64,000 nucleotides of DNA from Candidatus Sumerlaeaceae bacterium (lineage in GTDB: Bacteria; Sumerlaeota; Sumerlaeia; Sumerlaeales; Sumerlaeaceae): assembly GCA_049968255.1 (NCBI GenBank), contig JBMFRB010000001.1, positions 455,433-519,432 of the forward strand. Reading direction: 5' to 3'. The first letter of the stretch is position 1. Each line of letters begins with the position of its first letter. The translations under genes were made by a program, and so were the position numbers. This document shows positions 30,204-39,919 of this stretch, piece by piece. The notes under the pieces are model-generated. The model was not told the origin of the DNA. It searched no databases and saw only the letters and a list, made by a program, of their open reading frames with translations.

Positions 30204-31268
30204 TCAAAGGATGTTGATGTCGCGCTTGCACTCGATGTTGTCGTAGCCGTGTGGGTTGCATGCGGCACAAGTGGGATGCAGCTTGAGACGGGCGAGCGAA
30301 CGGCGCAACTCGAGGTATGGCCGGCTATTCCAAATCTCTAGAAAATCCTGCTCCCGCAAATTACCGAATGCTTTGCCATAGTAACCACATGGGTGAAGCG
30401 ACCCATCAGGATAGATCTGCACTGCGCGCCAAGGAGCCTCACAAAAAGTGGAATATTCCCCTCTAATGTCATCGCCCGAGCGGCTTTCGAAAGGCGGAAG
30501 CTCATAGGGGGCGAGACGCTCATCTTGCACGGGAAGCAGGAGATAGATACCCAGCTCGTAGGCGCGGCGCTTGGCCTCCACCAAAATGGGCATGACGGTT
30601 TCCCAATCTTCAATAGCTTGGTCGAGACCGGAGGTCATTGGGAGATAGCGAATTGCCTCGATCACCACGGCTCCGACACGTTTCGCGAAGTCCACAAGCA
30701 AGGGGAGTTCCGCCACTGTGGATTTCATAAGGACCATGTTGAGCTGGATGTAAGGACGTGGCGTGCCGCGGTCAGCTTTGACGGCGGCCAGAGTCTCAAG
30801 ATTCTCGACGAGTTTCTCCCAGCGCGCGTTGACGCGAATGCCCTCGTAGGTCTCTTTCGTGGCGCCGTCAATCGAAACAGCAATGGACTCGATCCGAGGA
30901 TTCTCGACAAGGCGTTCGCAGCGGCGGCGCGTGAGAAGTGTGCCATTAGTGACGAAGCCCACACGGGGACATTTCCCCTCGCCGACGATGTCGAGGATTT
31001 CATCAAAATGACGCGACATGAGGGGTTCATATTGGCAGGCTAGTGACACCGTCTGCGCGTAGCAGAAGACTTGGTCGACAATTTTGCGGAAGAGCGCCGG
31101 CTCCATGTCGAACTTGGGCTGCCTCACTGTGGCTGGGTAAAAGCACATTTTGCACAGGAGATTGCATTTGTTCGTAATATCCATGCGCACGCGCAACGAA
31201 CCCACAGTGGGCTCGTGGCGGTATGACCCGAGCGGATCGCGAAGATCTTCGATGAACGATCGCAACAT
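30204..31268 (-). CDS. Radical SAM protein with a twitch/SPASM-type C-terminal domain
   Basis: CNLLCKMC; YEGIRVNARWE; auxiliary Cys pattern CEAPW...HPC...CAAC. Start moved to ATG 31268 by comparison with the paralog at 39920. Confidence 0.9.
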   Translation of the reverse strand: MLRSFIEDLRDPLGSYRHEPTVGSLRVRMDITNKCNLLCKMCFYPATVRQPKFDMEPALFRKIVDQVFCYAQTVSLACQYEPLMSRHFDEILDIVGEGKCPRVGFVTNGTLLTRRRCERLVENPRIESIAVSIDGATKETYEGIRVNARWEKLVENLETLAAVKADRGTPRPYIQLNMVLMKSTVAELPLLVDFAKRVGAVVIEAIRYLPMTSGLDQAIEDWETVMPILVEAKRRAYELGIYLLLPVQDERLAPYELPPFESRSGDDIRGEYSTFCEAPWRAVQIYPDGSLHPCGYYGKAFGNLREQDFLEIWNSRPYLELRRSLARLKLHPTCAACNPHGYDNIECKRDINIL

Positions 31269-31549
31269 CGCTGTGCAAAAGCGTACTTGTGCGGCACGGT
31301 TTTGTTCGCAAATTGAACGATGCGAAATGTTTTGGCTAACGCTGTTCCGATCTCCCCATAGGCGACGATTGGCCGCACGTCGGTAAAAACGCATTCGAGA
31401 CTAATGGCTTTCTCGCTGTTTCCTGAGGAGTCGGGCTGCTGCAGCGTTTCCCTAATTACCCCCCAAGGTCAGCGAGAGTCGCTAGCATCGAAATCAGTGC
31501 AGATGTGCACAGAGGAAAGAATTGAACTCGGCTAACGGAAACTGAAGGC

Positions 31550-31602
31550 GCCGGCTACTTGGACGGTGGGAACATTCGACATGTGGCCCCCAAGCAGCCG
31601 GC
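31550..31602 (-). repeat. 13-bp inverted repeat downstream of the 31637 gene (possible RNA hairpin)
   Basis: On the minus strand GCCGGCTGCTTGG...CCAAGTAGCCGGC pairs fully with one G-U; no clean U-tract. Confidence 0.45.
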
Positions 31603-31636
31603 TCTGCAGGTCTGGCACTGCTACACCGACAAAGAA

Positions 31637-32317
31637 TCAATCTTGCTTGAGAAATCGGCCGATAAAGACGTGTGCATCCTTCTTTTTGAGTGAGCCGTAG
31701 ACTCCAAATCCATCAGTGAGCAGACGCTTGCCGTCAATGCGCTCGCGCGAGTGCTCAATGCCATCGTTGATCTGTGAAAGGAAGAAGACAGAGCCATCAT
31801 TGTAGTGGCCAATCTGCTTGAAGGTGCTACCATCGGGCTGTTGCACCGTGCAGAAGATTTTTTCGCCTTCCACTGTGTAAATGGCGGTGACTTTTGTGAC
31901 CCACAACTTGGAAATGAGATCGCCGCTCCACATTTCCATTTTCATGGAGCCATCCGCTTGTGGCGTGAAGGTGATGCGCATTTTGTTGTGCTGTTCGAGA
32001 CGCCCCTCCACAGAATAGACCCAGAAATCTCCCTGCCACGTGCCCGCGTAGCGCTGGAAAAGATCCTTTGGTGGCTTCTCCCAATCGAGGGCAGCTTTGA
32101 GCTTTTTTACCTGCGCGGGATCAGGTGTTGGAGTGGCGGAGGTCAGTTTGTCGCCACCGGCCCGTTTGGCGTTGGGGCCCTTCTCTGCAGCAGCGGCCTG
32201 TTCTTGTTGCGTTTGATCCTTGCCGAGAAAATTCGAGAGCCAGCCAGCCCGTGCCGGCATAGGAGTAAAAACAAGTGTTAAAATAGTGACCGCAAGTAGT
32301 ACTAAAATCCTACGCAT
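31637..32317 (-). CDS. Secreted hypothetical protein (beta-barrel-like)
   Basis: Signal peptide MRRILVLLAVTILTLVFTPMPARA; low-complexity linker; YAGTWQG followed by beta-strand pattern reminiscent of lipocalin-like folds. Confidence 0.7.
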   Translation of the reverse strand: MRRILVLLAVTILTLVFTPMPARAGWLSNFLGKDQTQQEQAAAAEKGPNAKRAGGDKLTSATPTPDPAQVKKLKAALDWEKPPKDLFQRYAGTWQGDFWVYSVEGRLEQHNKMRITFTPQADGSMKMEMWSGDLISKLWVTKVTAIYTVEGEKIFCTVQQPDGSTFKQIGHYNDGSVFFLSQINDGIEHSRERIDGKRLLTDGFGVYGSLKKKDAHVFIGRFLKQD

Positions 32318-32405
32318 ACGTGTATTTCCTTTTCGAGAGTGTGCTTTGGCCCCGATGAGCCAAAGCGCATCGCAACTCACTGACTTCGTGCAACAATGCA
32401 AGAGA

Positions 32406-33362
32406 ATGGATAATCGCGTGGCAACAACAATTCGGCCGGAAGTCGCACGACTTCAGCAAAATATCGAGCAAGTCATCAAGGGCAAGTCGGAGGTTGTGAA
32501 AAACCTTCTCATTGGTTTTCTCGCACAGGGGCACATTCTGCTGGAGGACGTGCCTGGGGTGGGCAAAACGACGCTGGCGCAGCTTTTGGCCCGATCGCTG
32601 AACCTGAGTTTTTCGCGGATTCAATTCACAAGCGACCTGCTGCCTTCGGACATTATTGGCGCAGTGATTTTCAATCAGAGCTCGCATGAATTTGAGTTCA
32701 AACCCGGACCGATCTTCGCGAATGTCGTGTTGGCCGACGAGATTAACCGCACTACGCCCAAAACGCAGTCGGCCCTGCTGGAGGCCATGAATAGCGCTCA
32801 GGTGTCTGTAGACAAACACACCTACGATTTGCCGCGGCCTTTCATGGTGATCGCCACACAAAACCCTATCGAATTCCATGGGACATTTCCGTTGCCCAAA
32901 TCGCAAATGGATCGCTTCTTGATGCGCTTGGAAGTTGGCTACCCGAGCATCGAAGACGAAGTGGAGATCCTACGTGACCAGCGCGAGGTTGGCTACATCG
33001 AGTTTGTGAAACCCGTGTTAGAAGCTCAGGATGTGCTCGATCTTCAGAGACGCGTGCAAAAGGTTGAGATTGCTGATGAGCTGCTCCATTACCTCGCAAG
33101 AATTGTGACAGCGACGCGTGAATCGCAGCTCATCGAATTGGGCGCGAGCACTCGTGCTGCTCTAGCACTGCGCCGTGCCGCACAGGCGCGCGCATTCTAT
33201 GAGGGCCGCGATTATTGCATTCCCGACGACATCAAAACGATGGTGGTGCCGGTGCTGGCCCATCGGATTCAGGCTGTGCGTACGTTTGAGCACAACGGCG
33301 CCGAATCCGAAGAGGTACGAGCCCTGCAAAGAATTTTGCAAGAGGTGGAGGCCCCCCTCTGA
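32406..33362 (+). CDS. MoxR-family AAA+ ATPase
   Basis: LLEDVPGVGKT, RIQFTSDLLPSD, LADEINR, ATQNPIE, QMDRF. Start moved to ATG 32406. Confidence 0.95.
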   Translation: MDNRVATTIRPEVARLQQNIEQVIKGKSEVVKNLLIGFLAQGHILLEDVPGVGKTTLAQLLARSLNLSFSRIQFTSDLLPSDIIGAVIFNQSSHEFEFKPGPIFANVVLADEINRTTPKTQSALLEAMNSAQVSVDKHTYDLPRPFMVIATQNPIEFHGTFPLPKSQMDRFLMRLEVGYPSIEDEVEILRDQREVGYIEFVKPVLEAQDVLDLQRRVQKVEIADELLHYLARIVTATRESQLIELGASTRAALALRRAAQARAFYEGRDYCIPDDIKTMVVPVLAHRIQAVRTFEHNGAESEEVRALQRILQEVEAPL

Positions 33363-33625
33363 TAGACCGAAATGCTCTGACATTGGAGAATGGATGGGCA
33401 GCGCGTAGCGCGCAAATTTAGCCAACATGAGGCGTCGCGCTCAAGGCAAGACGCCTCCCTGAGGCGAAGCCTGCTGCTATGAGGCTCAGACCGGACAGAG
33501 GGAACGCACACCAGCTGCGTGACAAGGTTTTTTCGCAATACGATTTTCACCGAAGGATAAACTTGTTTCGCTTCAGGAGCGCACTGCACAACGGGGAACG
33601 TATGGCTTGAGAGAGAATCTGGCGT

Positions 33626-35356
33626 TCAGTGGCCGGACGCCACGGCTTCGCACGGTGCGGGAGCAGACACGTCCTTGGGTGTTGGTTTTGCTTGGGATGC
33701 TTGTGCGCAAGCTTTTCTATTTTTCAGGAATCCGGTCAAGCGGCGCTTGGCTGCTCGTGCGCGTTCCGAAACCCAGAGGAACTGACGGAAGCCGCGGCGC
33801 GCCTTGATGTAATGAAGCTCCGCTTCGAGCTCGCGTAGGCGGTCCGCCAGCCGATAGACCTCGCGTAGATAATTGTCCGCGAGAATTTTCGAATCGAGCC
33901 CCTCATGTGTGAGGCGCACTGTTGTTCCCGCAATAGCTTCGAGCAGTGAAGGATTGCGGCGCAGCTCCTCATTGTTGAGGAGGAATTCGGCATCTTTGTC
34001 CGACAGATCCACCGTTGAGGCGATGTAATAGAGCGCATTCCAGTAGCGGAAGCGCTGGTAGTCCGCGACAGGGGATATGCCTGCTTCCTTACACATATGC
34101 CAGATAGGCATGCCAGGATAAATGATAAGGATGCCCATGCGCATCTCGTAAGGTTTGGGCAGTTCACGAAGAAGCTCGAACGTCGCACGACAGTCTTCGT
34201 CCGTTTCGAAGGGGTTGTTCGTGATAATGTCATAAAACGCCCGAAGACCGGAAGCGTGGATATTGTGTGCCGCTTCAAGCACGCGTTCGCGTGTCGTGCG
34301 TCGATCGTAGAGCTCGTTCGCAATGCGTTCGCTTCCGCTCTGGATTCCCATCGCGACAAATTCCGCATGATGGTCTTTGAGAATCTGCAGCATCTCTGGG
34401 CGCGCGTAGTTGGGATGTGTCTGGCACCCAAAGGGCATTCGGATACGCGCCGAATACTCGTTGAAAAACTCGCGCATGCGCTCGGGACGGACCGTGAATA
34501 TGTCGTCTTCGATTTCGAGATAAAAGTTGCCCATGCGCGCTTTGGCCTCCTCGAGCTCCTGCATGCAATGGGGAATCGAGCGAAAGCGCAATTTGGCAAT
34601 GTCCGGCATGACATTTTTTGTTAGCGAATAAACACAATAGGTACAGACGTAGGGACAGCCGCGGCTGGTGAGGATTTTGTAGTAAGTGTGAAGCTCGCTA
34701 AAATCGTGGGGGCGTCCTTCCAACAGTTCATTATCGTCGAGGTAGTAAATCCCTTCCGGGCCAAAATAGGGATAAGGGATCGAGTCAAGGTCCTTTACGA
34801 CCGGACCGACAGGATTGCGATGGAGCTTGCCCCGCTCGCGCCAAACGATGTTGGGGGTTTGACGCCAATCTTTGCCTTCCTCGAGTGCCTTGAGAAAATC
34901 GCCAAGAATGAGATCACATTCGCCGACGAACGCCACGTCGCAGAATTCTGCTGATCCGATGGGATCGAGTGTGACGTGCGGCCCTCCCCACGAAACCACA
35001 GCTTCAGGCGCTGTTTGCTTTGCAATTTGCGCAAGGCGTTTGGCCTGGGCCACAAAAGCCGTGTAGACGCTGATGCCAATAAAATGAGGGCGAATTTTAC
35101 GGATAAGCTGCTGGAGCAACTCCTTTTCGGTGGGCGAAAGCGGCTCGGGGTAAGAAAGAATTTTGAGTCCGCCGCCTGGCAGAACACTCACCTGCCAAAG
35201 CGGGTCCCAGCCATCGTTGCTGGGGATATCGCGCGTACGCGTGAGCTTGGCGCAAACCAGGTAGGCCTCGTGTCCCTCGGCGCGCAGATTTGCAACAAGT
35301 TGTCGCGTGCCAAGGTCCGATTCATTGTAGGGCGTGATGAGGAGCACTCGCGCCAT
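33626..35356 (-). CDS. Cobalamin-binding (class B) radical SAM protein
   Basis: WGGPHVT...GECD B12-binding domain, TSRGCPYVCTYC, EDDIF, GIQSGS; C-terminal coiled coil. Confidence 0.92.
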   Translation of the reverse strand: MARVLLITPYNESDLGTRQLVANLRAEGHEAYLVCAKLTRTRDIPSNDGWDPLWQVSVLPGGGLKILSYPEPLSPTEKELLQQLIRKIRPHFIGISVYTAFVAQAKRLAQIAKQTAPEAVVSWGGPHVTLDPIGSAEFCDVAFVGECDLILGDFLKALEEGKDWRQTPNIVWRERGKLHRNPVGPVVKDLDSIPYPYFGPEGIYYLDDNELLEGRPHDFSELHTYYKILTSRGCPYVCTYCVYSLTKNVMPDIAKLRFRSIPHCMQELEEAKARMGNFYLEIEDDIFTVRPERMREFFNEYSARIRMPFGCQTHPNYARPEMLQILKDHHAEFVAMGIQSGSERIANELYDRRTTRERVLEAAHNIHASGLRAFYDIITNNPFETDEDCRATFELLRELPKPYEMRMGILIIYPGMPIWHMCKEAGISPVADYQRFRYWNALYYIASTVDLSDKDAEFLLNNEELRRNPSLLEAIAGTTVRLTHEGLDSKILADNYLREVYRLADRLRELEAELHYIKARRGFRQFLWVSERARAAKRRLTGFLKNRKACAQASQAKPTPKDVSAPAPCEAVASGH

Positions 35357-35617
35357 GATTTAGCTGACTCCATCAGAGTTTTACCGCAGCGAACAGCCGG
35401 AAATTGTTAATTTCCGCTCAACGCCGAAAATAGTACCTAATGCGTTCGCTTACTGTGTGTCCACAAAAAAGTCAAACTTCTTTGCCACCTGAGGTAATAA
35501 TCCCACGCACAATTGGCACCGCAATAGGAAAGTGATTCTTCTACATACAGCGCGGGCAGCGACACATATAGCCACGCAAACAACGGAGCCTAAGCATTTT
35601 CCCTGGCGTCTAGCGCG

Positions 35618-37429
35618 CTAGATTCCGATCTGACGTGCGAGCCGCTCGCCGCTGGGATTAGTCGGCATCGCCAAATGATCGTTGGCATGCCCATTCCCGT
35701 TGCGAGCGCAGCCACACGGGTCTGCTGCCTGTGATGCATAAGCCTCACGTTGATTTTGCGCGTGAGTACCAGTTCCATTGCCATTGTGATAATGGGGCTT
35801 CAACCCGAGCACGTCGTGCTTGAGGTGACGCAAGCGATCGGAAATACGAAGGAATTGTTCAAAGCCTCGGCGCGCCTTGATATAGCGCAGTTCTTCCTCG
35901 AGTTCATGAACTCGTGCGGCCAGCCGACGCACTTCCCGCAAATAGTTGTTTGCGATGCTGCAGAGCTCCCCATTTTGACGAACAAACCGAACCGTGGTGG
36001 CCACGACGGATTCCAGAAGCGAAGGATCGCGGCGGAACTGTTGGTTTTGCAAAAGCTCCTCGGCCTGCTCATCGCTCAGGTCCACCGTAGAGGCTAAGTA
36101 ATAGAGTGCGTTCCAGAAGCGATACTGCTGGAAATCCACCACGCGCGGCAGTCCACGCTCCTCACGCATTCGGGAGATAGCAATACCTGGGTAAAAATTC
36201 AAAATCCCCATCTGAAGGCCGTAGGGTTTGGGAATTTGACGCAAAAGTTGGAAGGTCTCAACCCGGTCCTCTTCTGTCTCGAATGGGTTGTTTGAGATGA
36301 TATCATAAAACACGCGGATGCCAGATTCGTGGATATTTTTCGCAGCCTGCAAAACGGTGGCGTTGGTGACGCGTCGATCGAAGATTTCCGTCGCTATGCG
36401 ATCGCTGCCTGTCTGGATCCCCATGATGATGAACTCGACATTGTTTTCTTTGAGGATCTGCAGCATTTCCGGGCGCGCATAGTTGGGGTGCGTGTAGCAC
36501 CAGAAAGGCATCCGGATGCGACGTGCGTACTCTTTGAAGAACTCGCGCATGCGCTCGGGTTTGACGGTGAAAATGTCGTCCTCAATCTCCATGAAAAAGT
36601 GGCCCATGCGCGCTTTGGCTTCCTCGAGCTCGCGCATGCAGTGATCAATCGAGCGGAATCGAAGGCGCGACGTGTCGGGCATGACCTCTTTCTGAAAAGA
36701 AAGCATGCAGAACGTGCAGGCATAAGGACAGCCGCGGGTCGTCATGATTTTGAATGACGAGTTCAACTCACTCGAGGGAAAGGGACGGCCTTCTATGAGC
36801 TCATCGTCTTCGAGATAATAAGCGCCTTCAGAGCCAAAAAAGGTGAACGGGAGTGAGTCGAGGTCCTTGATGACGGGACTGACTGGCTGACGATGGACTT
36901 TGCCTTGTTCGCGCCAGACAATGTTGGGGGTCTGGCGCCAATCCCTGCCGGTATCAAGGGCACGAGCAAATTCCACGAGCGGAAGATCACATTCGCCCAC
37001 AAAGGCCACATCGCAGAGTGCTGCCGAACCAACAGGATCCAAGGTCACGTGCGGGCCACCCCAGCCGACGATGGCGTCGGGAACGGTGCGACGAATCACG
37101 GCTGTGACCTGATTTGCCTGTGGAACAAAAGCAGAGTAAACGCTGAGGCCGACAAAATGGGGGCGGCTCCTCCGCAGGAGATCCTCCAACAAGTGGATTT
37201 CATGCTCGGAGAGTGGGTAAGGATAGGAAAGAACGCAGCGCCCGCCCGATGGAGTGAGCTCGGTCTGCCAATCGGGATACCATTCTTCGTCTGGGGCAAG
37301 ATCTTTTTTCCTGTACTGCTTTAGGCAGAGTAGATACGCTTCGTGTCCCTCTGCCCGTAGCTCGGACACAAGCTGGCGGACTCCTAAATTGAACTCGTTG
37401 TACAGCGTGATGAGTAGGAATCGTGCCAT
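35618..37429 (-). CDS. Cobalamin-binding (class B) radical SAM protein, tandem paralog
   Basis: WGGPHVT, TTRGCPYACTFC, EDDIF, GIQTGS; collinear with the 33626 gene. Start at ATG 37429 (GGGAGA SD; MARFLLIT matches MARVLLIT). Confidence 0.92.
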   Translation of the reverse strand: MARFLLITLYNEFNLGVRQLVSELRAEGHEAYLLCLKQYRKKDLAPDEEWYPDWQTELTPSGGRCVLSYPYPLSEHEIHLLEDLLRRSRPHFVGLSVYSAFVPQANQVTAVIRRTVPDAIVGWGGPHVTLDPVGSAALCDVAFVGECDLPLVEFARALDTGRDWRQTPNIVWREQGKVHRQPVSPVIKDLDSLPFTFFGSEGAYYLEDDELIEGRPFPSSELNSSFKIMTTRGCPYACTFCMLSFQKEVMPDTSRLRFRSIDHCMRELEEAKARMGHFFMEIEDDIFTVKPERMREFFKEYARRIRMPFWCYTHPNYARPEMLQILKENNVEFIIMGIQTGSDRIATEIFDRRVTNATVLQAAKNIHESGIRVFYDIISNNPFETEEDRVETFQLLRQIPKPYGLQMGILNFYPGIAISRMREERGLPRVVDFQQYRFWNALYYLASTVDLSDEQAEELLQNQQFRRDPSLLESVVATTVRFVRQNGELCSIANNYLREVRRLAARVHELEEELRYIKARRGFEQFLRISDRLRHLKHDVLGLKPHYHNGNGTGTHAQNQREAYASQAADPCGCARNGNGHANDHLAMPTNPSGERLARQIGI

Positions 37430-37545
37430 GTTTTTCTCCCTCTTGTTGCTACGATTTTCAAAATGCACTCAAGAGCATTCAATAACTCATTCACAATAGT
37501 ACCAACCTATTACCATATGGCACTTAGAACATCGTTCGTTGCAAT

Positions 37546-37584
37546 CAAAAAGAAAGAGCGGAAGGATCTTTTCGATCCCTCCGC
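37546..37584 (-). terminator. Rho-independent terminator after the large secreted protein gene
   Basis: Minus strand GCGGAGGGATC-GAAAA-GATCCTTCCGC followed by TCTTTCTTTTT. Confidence 0.75.
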
Positions 37585-37620
37585 CAGTCATTTGATGTTG
37601 CCAGCGTTCGGCCCAGTTGC

Positions 37621-39537
37621 TTATGGCTCAGGTTCGTCTGCGACGTACACCCGAATCTTGTCGACAGTATAGAGCATACCCTCGTTATTCTGGTCAACGC
37701 CGCTGCTCCATGTGTCGAGCAAGCCGAAGCCGATCTTCAGGTCGCGCCGCGGTGAAGCCACGTTCTGCCCAGGTCCTGGCAACGAGGTCAGGTTGGGCAT
37801 CTTCGTGGTAATCGGGCCAGAGACATCCGGCCGGATCTCGCCGTTGAGCGGTGAGCTCAACAACAGTGTGTACCAGCAACCATTTTCACCCGGCACTTCT
37901 TTGTCGGGGTTCTGGTTGCCGACACCCGGCAGATGCTGCCACGCCAAGGCTCTCGCCTGCGCCCCAGGCAACGCGTATGCACCACCAACCTCGTACAGCA
38001 GGTTGTACAGGAACGCGCCAAAGCGGAGATACAGACGCATCTGCGCCTGTGCGTTCGAGTTACGTGTCGAGGTGATGTGGTAACGCACCTGGTACAGCTT
38101 GCCAACGTCGAACCGCACGCGGTCGGAGTATGGCAGGCCCGCATCTACCGTGAACTGCACGATAGCGGTGCGCTTGTTGCCGCTTCCGTCAATTCCGAAA
38201 GCCGAGCTGGTCGAGTCTACCGTTACGCCGCCCGACGATTTTGTAACAGTCGGCTTCGTTCCTGTATCCGGTGCTGGTTGATAGCCAGGCTGGCTACCGC
38301 TCGGGAAGTACAGGCTATAGACTTCTGCCGGCTCGTTCACCGTGTCGTCGACAATTGCGCTTCCCGCGTACTCTTTGACCTGTGTACCGAGAATGGCCGG
38401 ATAAGTGCCAATGACAACCTCCGTCAACCCGAGGTAACCGTTGTCAGGGTTCGCGGTTGTGTAGCCGCTGAAGCTGACCTGGATACCTTCGGTCGCGGGG
38501 TTATTCACGTTTTGCGGCACCTCTGGTGGATCAAAGTCCACGCGGTAGACGGACGGATTATTAGAATCCGTATTCGGCGCAAGTTCTGCACCGTACGGTT
38601 CAACCGCTGGGAGACCAGGCGTATGGGTCCACACCTCAAGCGTGTTCGCGATCACGAAACGCTGCATCAAACGCATGCGGACTGACGGGATGACATTCGC
38701 TTGAGCTGGCGTGTGCCCCGTGGCATACACGTAGAATTTCGCGCGGACCCAGTTGTTGGAGCCAACCGAGCCGTACGGCACTACGATGTCAGAGAACCAC
38801 TGTTGCGCACGGTAACGGTTCGAGGCATCGCTTAGGATGCGAACCCGAATCGCCCCGTTGGCCGAGTCAAAATCACCAGTGGTGGAGCCCGACGGAATGC
38901 CTGCCTCAAGCGTCCAGCCGCTTGTTGCGGTGCCAGTCACTGGTTCGTCATAGACCTGCGTGAACTGGGAGCCACCGCTCAGAGCGTCAAACTGGTTGTC
39001 CTTCGTAGCCACCACGATCGACTTGCTGGCGACATTTGTCCCGTCAGAGACATAGAAGGTAACAACCTTGCCGGCGGCATGGTCCGACTTCTCAGGCTCC
39101 GTAGGGGCCGGGAAGGGCCCAGAGCCCGAAGGAGAGAAGACGATATCGCGGAAGCTGGCGAACTGGCTCACAGAGCGCAGTTCGTTTGCTGGTGCCGGCG
39201 GATTGTGGCCGGTGTTTCCGCTCGTGGCAATTTCAGACGTGCCAAGATGGACTGCCTGCTTGCCATTGATTGCGAACCACCGCGTATTCGGGGCCACATT
39301 GTCATCGCCTTCGTCGAAGCTCCATTGGAGCGACGACTTCGGAGTGTCCAAATCCGACACAAAGTTGTCGAAATTGAACGCATTGGTAAAGACAAAGAAA
39401 TTATTGTCTGTCCCAATGTTGTCCTCCGCATCGCCGATGATAACATCGGGGATGTTGCTGATGACAGGTGCCGCCGCAAACGCGCTGCCTGCAAGGGTCA
39501 CCGACAGGATAAGGCCTGTGTAGAGTCCCTTCTTCAT
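37621..39537 (-). CDS. Large secreted beta-rich hypothetical protein (surface/S-layer candidate)
   Basis: Signal peptide MKKGLYTGLILSVTLAGSAFA; 638 aa rich in S/T/G/N/P; GGAGGG SD; own terminator; no catalytic motif recognised. Confidence 0.8.
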   Translation of the reverse strand: MKKGLYTGLILSVTLAGSAFAAAPVISNIPDVIIGDAEDNIGTDNNFFVFTNAFNFDNFVSDLDTPKSSLQWSFDEGDDNVAPNTRWFAINGKQAVHLGTSEIATSGNTGHNPPAPANELRSVSQFASFRDIVFSPSGSGPFPAPTEPEKSDHAAGKVVTFYVSDGTNVASKSIVVATKDNQFDALSGGSQFTQVYDEPVTGTATSGWTLEAGIPSGSTTGDFDSANGAIRVRILSDASNRYRAQQWFSDIVVPYGSVGSNNWVRAKFYVYATGHTPAQANVIPSVRMRLMQRFVIANTLEVWTHTPGLPAVEPYGAELAPNTDSNNPSVYRVDFDPPEVPQNVNNPATEGIQVSFSGYTTANPDNGYLGLTEVVIGTYPAILGTQVKEYAGSAIVDDTVNEPAEVYSLYFPSGSQPGYQPAPDTGTKPTVTKSSGGVTVDSTSSAFGIDGSGNKRTAIVQFTVDAGLPYSDRVRFDVGKLYQVRYHITSTRNSNAQAQMRLYLRFGAFLYNLLYEVGGAYALPGAQARALAWQHLPGVGNQNPDKEVPGENGCWYTLLLSSPLNGEIRPDVSGPITTKMPNLTSLPGPGQNVASPRRDLKIGFGLLDTWSSGVDQNNEGMLYTVDKIRVYVADEPEP

Positions 39538-39919
39538 CTAAACTTCAACCCTCCCTTCTGCTTGGGAATTGTGGGCGTCCGAGTCGTTCGAGACTCGAAC
39601 TGGAAACAACCAGAAACAACCAAATGCTTTGTTGTCTTTGCATCGCACTCCTGCCAAATTTATTGGTTCTGCCCCATCTTGTATTCCAATTGTCTAGCGC
39701 ACAGCATCTCCGCGTCAATAGAAAAATGCATGCTTTTCAATTTTCACTGAAGCTGAAAGTACTCCGCGGCTGAACTGGCCGTCAATACAAAAACGCACGT
39801 CGGCCGTGCATTCACACGGATGCCACAAATCCCCAGGGTTGAATTCTTCGCCGCGCCGGCACGTAGCTTGTGTAAATGTTGCATGTTGCGGCTCTGTTAG
39901 AGGTCTGAACCCTAGCGCG

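Noticed and set aside
33363-35617. RiPP precursor peptide in gaps of the radical SAM locus
   Set aside because: The short intergenic ORFs I read lack a good SD, leader or Cys/aromatic core, and the rSAMs have no RRE domain.
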